This document shows, in pieces, positions 47,720-57,421 of a stretch of 64,000 nt of DNA. Position numbers and translations under genes: made by a program. The notes below the pieces were generated by a model that was given only the letters and a program-made list of their open reading frames with translations, searched no databases and was not told the DNA's origin. Every line of letters begins with the position of its first letter. The first letter of the stretch is position 1. Origin of the DNA: a virus; the IMG/VR virus record IMGVR_UViG_3300032229_000533, positions 64,001 to 128,000 of that record; one strand, given 5' to 3'.

Positions 47720-49525
47720 TTATCTCAATTCTCTTAAGTCGAATGTTCTAACACCATCAACTGTGATACGTCCGTAGAATCTGTTATTCACCATTTTCTT
47801 AGCGTATCTAGTCATGATACCTTTGATTGGTGTAAAGTTGAACGGATTGTACATAGTTGGAGTTAATTGTAGAGGTACGTACGGTGCGTAGATGTAACCT
47901 GTGTCTAACAATGATGTTCCTTTGTGTCCCATTAACACTTGGTTAGGTGGGAAGTAAGGGTCACGGTAAACTTGGTAACGACCTGCTAATGTACCAACTC
48001 TTTCAATACCCATGTTGTATTGGTCTTGCTCAGGAGCTGCATTTGATACGTGGAAATATTCCAAGTCATCAAAGATTGCACTGATTTCAGAAGAAACAAC
48101 AATCCAGTTTGCTCCACCTCTTAATGTAGATTTGTGGATTTGTGCTGAAATTTGGTTGATTGCTGTGATTAAAGTTTGGTTCCAATCTTTTTGAGTGTAA
48201 GGAACTGCACTTGAACCAAGACGTTTCCAACCATTGTAGTCCCATCTTAAGTTCCAAGCTGCACCTTTACGTAAATCTCTTAAGATTTCACGGTCGATTT
48301 CAGCCGCAACTTGTTCAGATAATAAAGCTGTTAATTCAGCTTCAGCATCAATGTTGTGGAACGCTGCAACGTCTTGAGCCATTTCTGGAGACCATTGAGC
48401 TCTTAATTTTCTTTCAGTTACAGAAACTGTTACTGACATAAGGTCAAACGATACCTCACCGATTCTATCTTCAAACTCTAAGTTTTTGTAGATTCTGTAA
48501 GTTCCCGTAAATGCTGCGTTACTTGCAGTTGTTGAAGAGAATGTTGAACCTGTGTAACCGTCCATAGAACCACCACAAGTGATACATACTGGAACTTGTA
48601 AGTCAACTTCTAAGTAGATTTTACCTTCAGCGTCACATAAGTTGTCATATTGACCACCATCAGTTTTACTGTTAGGGAATACTAACGTAGCGTTGTTGTT
48701 ACCGTATTGTACAATACCTTTACCGTATCTTTGAGTTACAACTCTGAATAAGTAAGGATTACTTGCGTTTGCCGCAGTTGTTGGGTTACCAGCAACTCCG
48801 TAGATAGTTAAATCAGATAAGAAAGCTTCGTTATCCATTGGTTGACCATCAGGACCGATTAATTTACCAGCTCCATCAGATGCAAAACCTGACATAACAA
48901 CTAATACTTTTCTGTAATCAGAAGTAGTATAAGCTGAAGGTACTAAATTGTCATCTAACCAAGCAACAGTAACAACTGGTGCAGTGATTGCTGAATATTG
49001 TCCTTTAGAATAGTCAAATAAACCTGGTGGGTCTAATGCTGGTTCGTTACCTTCGTAGAATCTATCGTAAAGGTCTTTAGTGTTGTTGTAATCGTAACCA
49101 CTGTTTGGAGTTTGGTCCGAAGCTGCGTTTGGTGAACCATACGGTGCATAGTGAATACCTGTATTCGCTAAGTTAGTTGGGTCAGTGTACGCTTGGATGT
49201 TAGGTACAAAGTAGAATAATTTACCAATAGGTAAGTTCATAGCTTGTACTGATACGATGTCATTCGCTAATAATTTAGAGAATACACGTCTAACAATTGG
49301 GAAAACTACTGTTTCAAATGCACCTGTATCAGATGTAGATGATGCTTCATTGATTAAGAATGATGCTTGGTTTTCGTATAATTGTGCTACGTTTTCTCTC
49401 ATGTGACCTTTAAGACCTTCTAAAAAGCCTAATTTGTCCCATTTGTTGATTGTGTCTTCTTTGATAACTTTAAGGTGTTTTAAACCGATATTACCAACAA
49501 GACCTGATTCTAATAATGCTCCCAT
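47720..49525 (-). CDS. gp23: major capsid protein (T4 gp23-like)
   Basis: VFPIVRRVF, VSVQAM..P.G.LF, RKLRAQWSPEMAQD, AEIDREI, YAPYVPL, TPIKGIMTRYA. Confidence 0.95.
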   Translation of the reverse strand: MGALLESGLVGNIGLKHLKVIKEDTINKWDKLGFLEGLKGHMRENVAQLYENQASFLINEASSTSDTGAFETVVFPIVRRVFSKLLANDIVSVQAMNLPIGKLFYFVPNIQAYTDPTNLANTGIHYAPYGSPNAASDQTPNSGYDYNNTKDLYDRFYEGNEPALDPPGLFDYSKGQYSAITAPVVTVAWLDDNLVPSAYTTSDYRKVLVVMSGFASDGAGKLIGPDGQPMDNEAFLSDLTIYGVAGNPTTAANASNPYLFRVVTQRYGKGIVQYGNNNATLVFPNSKTDGGQYDNLCDAEGKIYLEVDLQVPVCITCGGSMDGYTGSTFSSTTASNAAFTGTYRIYKNLEFEDRIGEVSFDLMSVTVSVTERKLRAQWSPEMAQDVAAFHNIDAEAELTALLSEQVAAEIDREILRDLRKGAAWNLRWDYNGWKRLGSSAVPYTQKDWNQTLITAINQISAQIHKSTLRGGANWIVVSSEISAIFDDLEYFHVSNAAPEQDQYNMGIERVGTLAGRYQVYRDPYFPPNQVLMGHKGTSLLDTGYIYAPYVPLQLTPTMYNPFNFTPIKGIMTRYAKKMVNNRFYGRITVDGVRTFDLRELR

Positions 49526-49569
49526 TTTAGTATTTGTTTTTGTTTTTAGTTTATTTTAATTTTATTTTT

Positions 49570-51132
49570 TTACCCTAATTTACCCATTAAATCTTTCATT
49601 CTTAAGAACTGAGGATTTTCATAAGTTTTTGATTCAATTAGAGTAGTTGATGAACCTGTAGTTACTGTTTTATTTAATTTTGCACTTACCGACTCATTAA
49701 TTGATTTTGTTTCTACCTTAGATAATTCGTCTTTGATTGACTTATAAAGATTTTTAGATTCTTTTAAAGTTTCAACATCGTCAAATCTTCTTAGGATGTT
49801 TATTTTTTCTTTCTTAGTAGTTGAGTGTTCTGTGAACAATCTTGTAGCATAAGCTAAATTTGAATTGAAGATTGCAACTTCATTAAGTTTTTCTCTAAAA
49901 ACATTTAATGCTTTTCTGTACTCTTCATTCTTTTCTCTCAACATTCTAACTTCTTCTTGAGTAGATTCAACTTTAACACCACCTTTACCATAAACATAGT
50001 TTCTGTTATTAGTGATACCTTTTCTTAATCCTCTACCTTCTTTAGACCCCATGCCGTATGTTCTAGCAGCTTCTTTGGTTTCTTCTTTTTCAAACGCTTT
50101 TTCTCCTTTAGAATTTGACATACCTTTTTTAGTAGTGTAATCTTCTTTACCTTTCATGGTTTTAGATTTATCACCTCTATTCATTCCGTAATCGCCTTCT
50201 TTAGTTTCAGTTTTAACAACTTTAGACTTACCTTCCATGTTAGCACCTTTTTTGTAATCAAATTTTGCTTTACCCGTACCAACAGATTTAGGACCTTGTT
50301 TCATGTCTTCTTTAAATCCACCTGTTGTTTTCTTGTAATCAAATTTAGGTTTACCCATACCAACACCTTTAGGTTTGATGTTTTCATTAGTTAAATCTTC
50401 CATGTCATCTTCTTCCATCATTTCAGAATCCTCTTCATCCATCATTTCAGAATCATCTTCTTCCATCATTTCAGAATCCTCTTCATCCATCATTTCAGAA
50501 TCGTCATCTAATGTAATTTCGTAAACAACTTCTTCGTCTTCTTCAGACATATCTTCAGAATCCACATCTGACATATTTCCACTAAAAATAGCGTCAATAA
50601 CATCATCAACTGACTCATCAAATTCTCCATCATCATACATCATATCATCTTCCATCATGTCATCAGACATCATATCATCTTCCATCATGTCGTCTTCTGA
50701 TTCACCAAGCTTAACAAGATATTCTACATCAGCATTGTCGTCAGATAAATGAACATTCTCACCGTCTTTTTTAACAATGATTCCGTCATCTTCACCCATC
50801 GCTTTGAATACTTTCAAAATTTCTTCGTCAGAAGCGTCAGTTAAATCAATTGGAGTTTCGTCTGAATCCATACCAAAGTCCATGTCCATATCTTCATCAT
50901 CTGAATCAACGTCCATGTCTAAGTCTACTTCATCATTATCAGCGGACATATCCATGTCAGCATCTAATTCAACCTCATCTTCGTCAGATTGCTCGGAAAG
51001 AGATTCTTTTACTAGTTGATTGATTTCTTCCTTCATAGTAGAAGCAAGTATTCCTTTTGCGTTTTCGGCTATAGCTTCTTCAACTTGTTTCATTTGAATA
51101 AGAGCCTCTTGAACTAATTTGTTTTCTTTCAT
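49570..51132 (-). CDS. prohead core/scaffold protein (gp22-like)
   Basis: Very acidic N-half, C-terminal coiled coil LNEVAIFNSNLAY; directly upstream of the capsid gene. Confidence 0.75.
   Translation of the reverse strand: MKENKLVQEALIQMKQVEEAIAENAKGILASTMKEEINQLVKESLSEQSDEDEVELDADMDMSADNDEVDLDMDVDSDDEDMDMDFGMDSDETPIDLTDASDEEILKVFKAMGEDDGIIVKKDGENVHLSDDNADVEYLVKLGESEDDMMEDDMMSDDMMEDDMMYDDGEFDESVDDVIDAIFSGNMSDVDSEDMSEEDEEVVYEITLDDDSEMMDEEDSEMMEEDDSEMMDEEDSEMMEEDDMEDLTNENIKPKGVGMGKPKFDYKKTTGGFKEDMKQGPKSVGTGKAKFDYKKGANMEGKSKVVKTETKEGDYGMNRGDKSKTMKGKEDYTTKKGMSNSKGEKAFEKEETKEAARTYGMGSKEGRGLRKGITNNRNYVYGKGGVKVESTQEEVRMLREKNEEYRKALNVFREKLNEVAIFNSNLAYATRLFTEHSTTKKEKINILRRFDDVETLKESKNLYKSIKDELSKVETKSINESVSAKLNKTVTTGSSTTLIESKTYENPQFLRMKDLMGKLG
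50401..50505. repeat. 4 x 24 bp tandem repeat encoding DSEMM(D/E)E(E/D)
   Basis: CATCATTTCAGAATC core repeated inside the scaffold gene. Confidence 0.85.
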
Positions 51133-51156
51133 ATAGAAAATCTATTTATTTTAACT

Positions 51157-51164
51157 AATAAATA
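51157..51164 (-). promoter_or_regulatory. TATTTATT motif
   Basis: 24 nt upstream of scaffold ATG 51132. Confidence 0.5.
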
Positions 51165-51280
51165 TTACCAAAAAACAAAAAATATCATTTTTGATTGATA
51201 TATCTTTTATTTTTCAATACTTTATGATTATTAATCTTGCGGAAATGCAATATTGTATCAACATATAAATATGTACAAGC

Positions 51281-51310
51281 AAAAAAAAAGTGGTCAAAAT
51301 TGACCACTTT
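51281..51310 (-). terminator. intrinsic terminator
   Basis: AAAGTGGTCAA-aa-TTGACCACTTT with a long U-tract on the minus strand. Confidence 0.85.
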
Positions 51311-51335
51311 AATTTAATTAGCTTATTTTAACCAA

Positions 51336-51545
51336 TTATTCAATAACTTCATCTATTTTACTTTCAGACACTGAAGTGATTCTCCAATCATGAGTAAACC
51401 CTTCATATTTTGCCGTAACCTTTGCTTCTACATCGGTAACAGAATATCCTCTTACAAGTTTCTCTTCTCTGATTTTTTTAATTTTACCACTGTTTTCGTC
51501 AGGTAAATCATACTGAACTTTTGCTACAAAAAATTTTTCTTCCAT
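51336..51545 (-). CDS. DUF4494-like small protein
   Basis: FVAKVQY...GKIKKIREEKLVRGYSVTDVEAKV resembles the Bacteroidota DUF4494 pattern. Confidence 0.6.
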   Translation of the reverse strand: MEEKFFVAKVQYDLPDENSGKIKKIREEKLVRGYSVTDVEAKVTAKYEGFTHDWRITSVSESKIDEVIE

Positions 51546-51553
51546 AATTAATT

Positions 51554-52276
51554 TTATTTTCCCAAATAATCGGTTAATTTTTTCATTAAGTCAACTCCTT
51601 TGGATTGGAATTCTGAATTTTCTGGTGATTTATGTCGTTTTTCTTCTTCTAAGTTTTCTTCGTACTTGCTTCTATCATCAGGATTACTAAACAAATAAGC
51701 CCCTGGTGTTGATGGTGATGATACTAAGTCAAAACAAATTAATTCAAAATCATCTTGTACTTCATTTCTTTCCCCAACCTTTTTTAAAGAACCTACTCCT
51801 CTTGAAGAAACTCCCATTGTAACACCTTGTCTCATTAAGTTAGCCGCTTGGTCTCCTTTAGTTGAAACAATCCCCCTTTCGTGAAATCCTGGTGATGTCA
51901 ACAATTTTAGTTTACCCATCAAGATATTTTTATCCCACCATATATCAGTGATGATGTGAGATACTCTATCCAAGTCAATTAAAGATGACTCAGGGTGATT
52001 AAGTTCTGAAGTTGATAAACCCTTGGCAATTGCCTTCTTATAATTCTCAGCTTCTCTTTTTAATATTCTTTCAGGGTAGAATCTTCCGTTTCTATTTGGT
52101 GTATCGTATTTCTGTAATACGGCATAAAACTCAAATGGGTTTCTATAATCTAAGTTAGCAGCTTCCTTTAACATTTCTGAATTACGAATGTCTTTTGGGG
52201 AAACCCAACCCGCATCCATCTCAATCAATATACCATGACCGACTTCACTTGCTTCTAAAATTCTTAATTGTTTCAT
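51554..52276 (-). CDS. gp21: prohead protease (T4 gp21-like)
   Basis: NRNGRFYP, ELNHP, VSHII, GVSSRGVGSL, FDLVSSPSTPGA; TATTTATC at 52290-52297. Confidence 0.95.
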   Translation of the reverse strand: MKQLRILEASEVGHGILIEMDAGWVSPKDIRNSEMLKEAANLDYRNPFEFYAVLQKYDTPNRNGRFYPERILKREAENYKKAIAKGLSTSELNHPESSLIDLDRVSHIITDIWWDKNILMGKLKLLTSPGFHERGIVSTKGDQAANLMRQGVTMGVSSRGVGSLKKVGERNEVQDDFELICFDLVSSPSTPGAYLFSNPDDRSKYEENLEEEKRHKSPENSEFQSKGVDLMKKLTDYLGK

Positions 52277-52321
52277 TAATAGTTTTTAAGATAAATATAT
52301 CAAAAGAGTTCTTTATTGATT

Positions 52322-52753
52322 TTATTTAGTTTTTGATATTGAAAAATCAAAGTATTTGTTTTCAATAACATTATCCCTTACAATACTTCTTACTATTTTT
52401 TTAACGGATTCCTTTAATTCAGGAGATTTAAAATCAAATTCTTGATTGGTATACAAATTAACCTCTAAATTAAAAAATGATTTTTTTCCGTGGGATATCC
52501 CACTTGTTCTTAAATCTAAATCAACAATACTATTTTCTTTAAAAAGACTCGTGTCAATTGAATTAAATACGGAATGTTTTATTTCTCGGTTTAGATTACA
52601 CACGACCCGATTCCAATTATCGTGGTCAAATTTGGGGGAGACCCATGATTGAATGTTTATGTATAATGATTTTAAATTTTTAGAATCTACCGTACCATAT
52701 ACCGATTTTATCGGACTGAATAGATTTAACTTTACACTTTTTCCTTTTTTCAT
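52322..52753 (-). CDS. hypothetical protein
   Basis: 143 aa, divergent from rpsU. Confidence 0.6.
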   Translation of the reverse strand: MKKGKSVKLNLFSPIKSVYGTVDSKNLKSLYINIQSWVSPKFDHDNWNRVVCNLNREIKHSVFNSIDTSLFKENSIVDLDLRTSGISHGKKSFFNLEVNLYTNQEFDFKSPELKESVKKIVRSIVRDNVIENKYFDFSISKTK

Positions 52754-52854
52754 TAATTTTCATTGATGTCAATGTTTATTTGTTTTTTTAAAAAATAACA
52801 CAAATAAATTCCATTGTCAAAAATTTTTCAATAAATTGCGATATTTCTAATAAT

Positions 52855-53043
52855 ATGCTAATAGTAGAAGTAAAAAAAGACGGAATAGAAAAAGCCTTGA
52901 AAACTTTAAAGTCTAAAGTTATCAAGACTAAGCAAAATCAAATTCTATTTGAAAAAAAAGAATTTGTTAAAAAATCAGTTGTAAGACGAGCTCAGGTGTT
53001 GAAAGCGTCGTATGTGCAAAAAGTAAAAAATTCTTTAAATTGA
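52855..53043 (+). CDS. rpsU: ribosomal protein bS21
   Basis: IVEVKKDGIEKALKTLKSKV...KKEFVKKSVVRR matches bS21 (V.V.E.IE.ALKRFK.K....RE.Y.KPS..RR); 62 aa, basic. Confidence 0.85.
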   Translation: MLIVEVKKDGIEKALKTLKSKVIKTKQNQILFEKKEFVKKSVVRRAQVLKASYVQKVKNSLN

Positions 53044-53733
53044 TTCTTCTAAGTTTTTTAACTTAAGGAAATTCAATTGGTCAAACTTTTCAGTTTTCAA
53101 CCTATCTATGGTTTCAGACAATTTTGTCTTTAACTCAAATTCCTCTTCTTTTTCTAAGATGACATTAAGTTTACTAATCGCACTTTCACGAATAGTTTCA
53201 AACTTGTCTTCAAGAGATTTTGAATCTTCAGAAATTAATTGAAGGAATTCTTTTTTAGATGATTCATCAAGATTTTCAACATATTTGTTCAAAGTTTGGT
53301 TTGCAATACTAACCATTGATTTCAATGGGATATTGATAGATTCTTTAACAATATTATTTGTTGAAGTTAACACACTTGTAATATTTTTTTTGGAATTAAC
53401 CCTTTCTAACAAATTTAATTTATTTGTATAAACAAGGGCGTCAATATCGGAATATCTATTTTGAACATTCTCAGATAAAGTTCTTGGTAATTTAATACTT
53501 GGCAGTAATTGTTGGATTAAACTAATACCTTCTTCTAAGAAGTCTTTAGCATCAGATTCGTTTAGTCCTTGAGGAGTACTCAATTGGTCGTACAAAGAAT
53601 ACAATTTAGACATAGTTTTGTTACTCAAAACATTTTGTTTGAATTCTTTCAACGATTTCTTAAATTCCTTTTCATCTTTGTAGGATTCAAGAAGATTGTT
53701 TTCAATTATGGATTTGATTTTTCCGAAAGTCAT
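53035..53733 (-). CDS. hypothetical helical protein (possible head-associated)
   Basis: 232 aa between portal and rpsU; many LxE/S sites; TATTTATA at 53750-53757. Confidence 0.6.
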   Translation of the reverse strand: MTFGKIKSIIENNLLESYKDEKEFKKSLKEFKQNVLSNKTMSKLYSLYDQLSTPQGLNESDAKDFLEEGISLIQQLLPSIKLPRTLSENVQNRYSDIDALVYTNKLNLLERVNSKKNITSVLTSTNNIVKESINIPLKSMVSIANQTLNKYVENLDESSKKEFLQLISEDSKSLEDKFETIRESAISKLNVILEKEEEFELKTKLSETIDRLKTEKFDQLNFLKLKNLEESI

Positions 53734-53757
53734 TATAGTGTGTTTTCAATATAAATA

Positions 53758-55614
53758 TTAGGAATTTAGTAACTTATCCAATTCTTTTGAAATTTCTCCT
53801 AAAGATTCTTGAGCTTGACCTAAATCTAAAAATGTTGACCCTTCTAATAGGTTACTTTCAACCAATAAATTCATGTTTTTAATCTTTGATTCTGGTGTAA
53901 CCGCAGCTTCTCCACCTTCAGGTGCTCCACCTTCTGCTGGTGGTGGAGGTGCCGCCTCTTCACCTCCAGCTGGCGGTGCAGTTTCAAAACCACCTCCACC
54001 TCCAAATGATTCTTCACCACCTGTTGTAGTTGTTGCTGCAGCTGTTGCAGTTCCTCCTGTAGTATTACCATAAAGTTTATCTATATTATCAAATAAACCT
54101 GTTTTACTAATAACCGTAGGAGTTGCTTTAAGTTCTTCACCAACCGCTCTTTCAATTCTTTGTTGTTGTAAATCCAATCTAATTTCTTCATCAGACCAAT
54201 TAAATATGTGTTTCTTAGCCCAAGTTGAAGATGTTGGTTGAATACCATTTCCTGGGTCAGCAACTAAATCTTTATACAATAAAACTTTTTCTTTCCAAAC
54301 ATCAATTTTTAATAAATCCGCTTGTGTTGATGGATTAGACAAACCTAATGTAAAGTTTTGTAATTCGTCTTCAAATCCCAATAAGAATAAGTGAATGATT
54401 GCAATTTTGTTTAACTCCGCAATCATACTTTTTTGAATTCTGTTGATTGTACGAGCAAAACGAATATCTTGTAATGATAAATTTTTACCATCACCAACAA
54501 CTTCTTCAAAACCTAAAAATGCTTTAGGTACACGAAGAGCCGTTAATAATTTCTTTTGAATATATTCAATATCGGCAATCTCTGATAAGTTAGTTGCTCC
54601 TGGTAATGTTGTAATTGGGTCTGGTGCTGCAGGGTCACGAACAGGAATAAAATAATCTTGGTCTACCGCCATTTGGTTAAACCTCATATCAACATTACCT
54701 GTTTTAGCATCCACAACTTGTTCTCTCTTGAACTTGTTGGCAACACGGTTTACATATGCTTCAACGTCGTCATCGTTCATGTTTCCAACAAACACCTTAA
54801 ACATTCTTCGTTCAGGTGCTCTTGACGTACGATAGATTAACATCGCATCTTCAGATAACAATAATTGTTTCCAAATACGTCTTGCCTTTTCTAACATGGA
54901 AGTACCGTACGGAAGTTTTCGGTCATCACCTAATAATCTAAAGTGAGCTATTTCCCATGATTGGAATTCCATATTTCTATTTTTCCAAGTAAAATGAAGA
55001 GCCTTTTTATTCTCATCTTTTTCTTGTGTAATATCCACAGTAATTTTGGCAGATACTCCAACCTCATGACGTTCAATTTCAATTGTTGGTAATTGTTGAC
55101 AACCAATAATACCTTTTTCAGGGTCTAATTTAAGGTAAACAAAGTTATCACCATACTTACAAGTGTTTCTTGTCCACATTGGTAAGTTGGTGTTAATATC
55201 AAGTGCATTATTAAATAAATCCGCTAATACAGATTTAATACGTTTTGATTCAGAATAAATTTGAAGGATAAAGCCATCTTCGTTTGTTGTTGTAGATTCT
55301 TCAGAATAAATGTCTAACGCCGCTGAAATTTCAGGAGTGTATTCCATTGATTCATAATCATACTGAGCGGATAATCTTGATGGTTCATAATAAATCGCTT
55401 GAGAGTATAAATTGTTTTCAACTTTAGCCCATTGATTTGTTAAATAAAATGTTTGTTGCGCTTGGAGTTTTTCTCTTTCGTAATCATCGCGATTTGGAGT
55501 ACGCAAAAGTTCTTTTTTATCAAACTTAAAAGTTGGATAATCTTGTTTTAATAAAGAGTTTGGTCCAAATGTTTTGGACAACCTCTGCCATACCGTTAAA
55601 TTATTATCACTCAT
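53758..55614 (-). CDS. gp20: portal protein (T4 gp20-like)
   Basis: YESMEYTPEISAALD, CKYGD, EDAMLIYRTSRAPERR.F...GN, QDYFIP, ALRVP, DIRFAR; TATTTATA at 55643-55650. Confidence 0.95.
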   Translation of the reverse strand: MSDNNLTVWQRLSKTFGPNSLLKQDYPTFKFDKKELLRTPNRDDYEREKLQAQQTFYLTNQWAKVENNLYSQAIYYEPSRLSAQYDYESMEYTPEISAALDIYSEESTTTNEDGFILQIYSESKRIKSVLADLFNNALDINTNLPMWTRNTCKYGDNFVYLKLDPEKGIIGCQQLPTIEIERHEVGVSAKITVDITQEKDENKKALHFTWKNRNMEFQSWEIAHFRLLGDDRKLPYGTSMLEKARRIWKQLLLSEDAMLIYRTSRAPERRMFKVFVGNMNDDDVEAYVNRVANKFKREQVVDAKTGNVDMRFNQMAVDQDYFIPVRDPAAPDPITTLPGATNLSEIADIEYIQKKLLTALRVPKAFLGFEEVVGDGKNLSLQDIRFARTINRIQKSMIAELNKIAIIHLFLLGFEDELQNFTLGLSNPSTQADLLKIDVWKEKVLLYKDLVADPGNGIQPTSSTWAKKHIFNWSDEEIRLDLQQQRIERAVGEELKATPTVISKTGLFDNIDKLYGNTTGGTATAAATTTTGGEESFGGGGGFETAPPAGGEEAAPPPPAEGGAPEGGEAAVTPESKIKNMNLLVESNLLEGSTFLDLGQAQESLGEISKELDKLLNS

Positions 55615-55651
55615 AGTTTAAATTTACTAATTACCTTGATAATATAAATAG

Positions 55652-57415
55652 TTAGCGCGAACCAAATAACCATCCATATTTTTGGTAATCAGCCTTGGTG
55701 GCCTCACCTTGATTATTCATACCATTACCCCTACCCATTTGTGGAACCATTGGGTTAAAGAAATCAGAAGAGTTTTTATTTTCATTAACCGTGGTTGCCC
55801 ATGAGTTAATCATTGCTTTAGTATGATTAGTTACTTTCTCTAAAGATTGAAACGATTTTTCCGCAACATACAACGCCATGGAAACACCCATAATACAGTC
55901 ATCATGATGACCTTTTTGGTGGTCAGGTCTACCGTTGATATATACAAACGTATTCATTTCATTGTATAATCTATTTGAATATACTTTAAATCCATGCCTA
56001 ACACCTTCTTCAAATGATGCAATAATCTGAACCCTTTTAGAGTTAAAATTAATACCAGGAATTTTTTCGTTAATTTTTGGGTCCCATTTCCACTTATTAC
56101 TTGTATCAACGTTATCAATATATAAACCACCCTGATAGTTTAATTCTTGTAATTTTCTCGCAGTAGAAATACCCATACCCCCTGTGATATCAATTACACA
56201 GTAAGCATTATACATTGTCCCCCATTTATATGCTATTTCAGCCAATACATCAGGTGGAATTTTTGCAACGTATTCTAATACTTGTTCTCTTTCATCAAAA
56301 TCAATAATTTGGATACACGAAAAGTCCTCAGAATCACCACGAGATACATCCACACCCATAACGTATTTGTGACCGTTTACAGGTTCTTTAAATATCCACA
56401 ATGAACCACCCATAAGTTTAGCTTGTGGTTCACGTAAAGTATTTTTAGCAATACCTTGCATTAATTCAGATTCAAATACGTTATCACCTGAACCTAAGAA
56501 GTTACATTCCAACTCTTGAGCTACTTTTCTTCGGTCAAACTTTAACTTTTTAACCATACTTTCAAACCACGCAGAACATGGTTTATATCCTTGGGAGATG
56601 TAATCAGTTACAACAGAATGGTCTCTGTCGTATGGATTTTCCATAGACAAATCAACAATATCTTTATCAGAATATTCTTCTCGGTTTAACAAATAGTGAA
56701 CCAAATCATTAGTTTTAACCATATACAAATCTTTTGTATATCTTGGGTCACGATACCAAAACATCTCAGATATTTTGAAATCGTTCATGTTTCTTAATGA
56801 CTGGTCATAGATTTCATAGTAGATTGGGTCATATCCGTTTGGAGTGGATACAACAATAACTTTACCCCCTGTAGATAGGGACGCCATACACGCAGACCAG
56901 AAATCTGAATCCGCTTCAATAAACGCCGCCTCGTCAAATACAAGGATAGTAGGGGTATAACCCCTCAAAGCATCCTTTGACGTTGCAACCGCTTTTACTT
57001 CACAGTCGTTACTTAATTTGAAATGTCTTTGGGAATTTTTTTCTTTTGAAAAAGTAACTCCGACCCATGCAGGCCATTGTTCTGTAAACCCTCTCACCTT
57101 GTTAGCCATCTCCATTGAGGTATCTAACTTGTTTGCAATTATAAGGATTTTTTCAGGTTTGTTCTTTTTGGCAAATACTAATCTTTTAGATATCCATGCC
57201 GCAGTTACGGTGGATACACCTGCCTGACGATACTTCAATGCAATATTTTCATTGTAGTTATCGTAATCTTCAATTAAACTAACTTGGTCGGGAAATAAGT
57301 CCAATGGGACATATTTGGATACGGTATTATCGTATGTTTGTAAGTAAGTACGAAGTGCGTAAGGAGTATTCCTCATACACTTCGTAACTTCAATAATCAG
57401 TTGTTCTCTATTCAC
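55652..57415 (-). CDS. terL: terminase large subunit
   Basis: LKYRQAGVST (Walker A), VFDEAAF (Walker B), VSTPNG, QELEC.F.GS, MGVDVSRG, GHHDDCIM nuclease motifs. Confidence 0.95.
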   Translation of the reverse strand: MNREQLIIEVTKCMRNTPYALRTYLQTYDNTVSKYVPLDLFPDQVSLIEDYDNYNENIALKYRQAGVSTVTAAWISKRLVFAKKNKPEKILIIANKLDTSMEMANKVRGFTEQWPAWVGVTFSKEKNSQRHFKLSNDCEVKAVATSKDALRGYTPTILVFDEAAFIEADSDFWSACMASLSTGGKVIVVSTPNGYDPIYYEIYDQSLRNMNDFKISEMFWYRDPRYTKDLYMVKTNDLVHYLLNREEYSDKDIVDLSMENPYDRDHSVVTDYISQGYKPCSAWFESMVKKLKFDRRKVAQELECNFLGSGDNVFESELMQGIAKNTLREPQAKLMGGSLWIFKEPVNGHKYVMGVDVSRGDSEDFSCIQIIDFDEREQVLEYVAKIPPDVLAEIAYKWGTMYNAYCVIDITGGMGISTARKLQELNYQGGLYIDNVDTSNKWKWDPKINEKIPGINFNSKRVQIIASFEEGVRHGFKVYSNRLYNEMNTFVYINGRPDHQKGHHDDCIMGVSMALYVAEKSFQSLEKVTNHTKAMINSWATTVNENKNSSDFFNPMVPQMGRGNGMNNQGEATKADYQKYGWLFGSR

Positions 57416-57421
57416 AAAATG

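Noticed and set aside
51214-51264. 16-codon micro-ORF MLIQYCISARLIIIKY overlapping a TATTTAT motif
   Set aside because: Too short and without supporting features; likely chance.
47720-57415. Introns or inteins in the capsid or terminase genes
   Set aside because: The ORFs are continuous, with no intein splice motifs or homing-endonuclease signatures recognised. The extra capsid length looks like an insertion domain.
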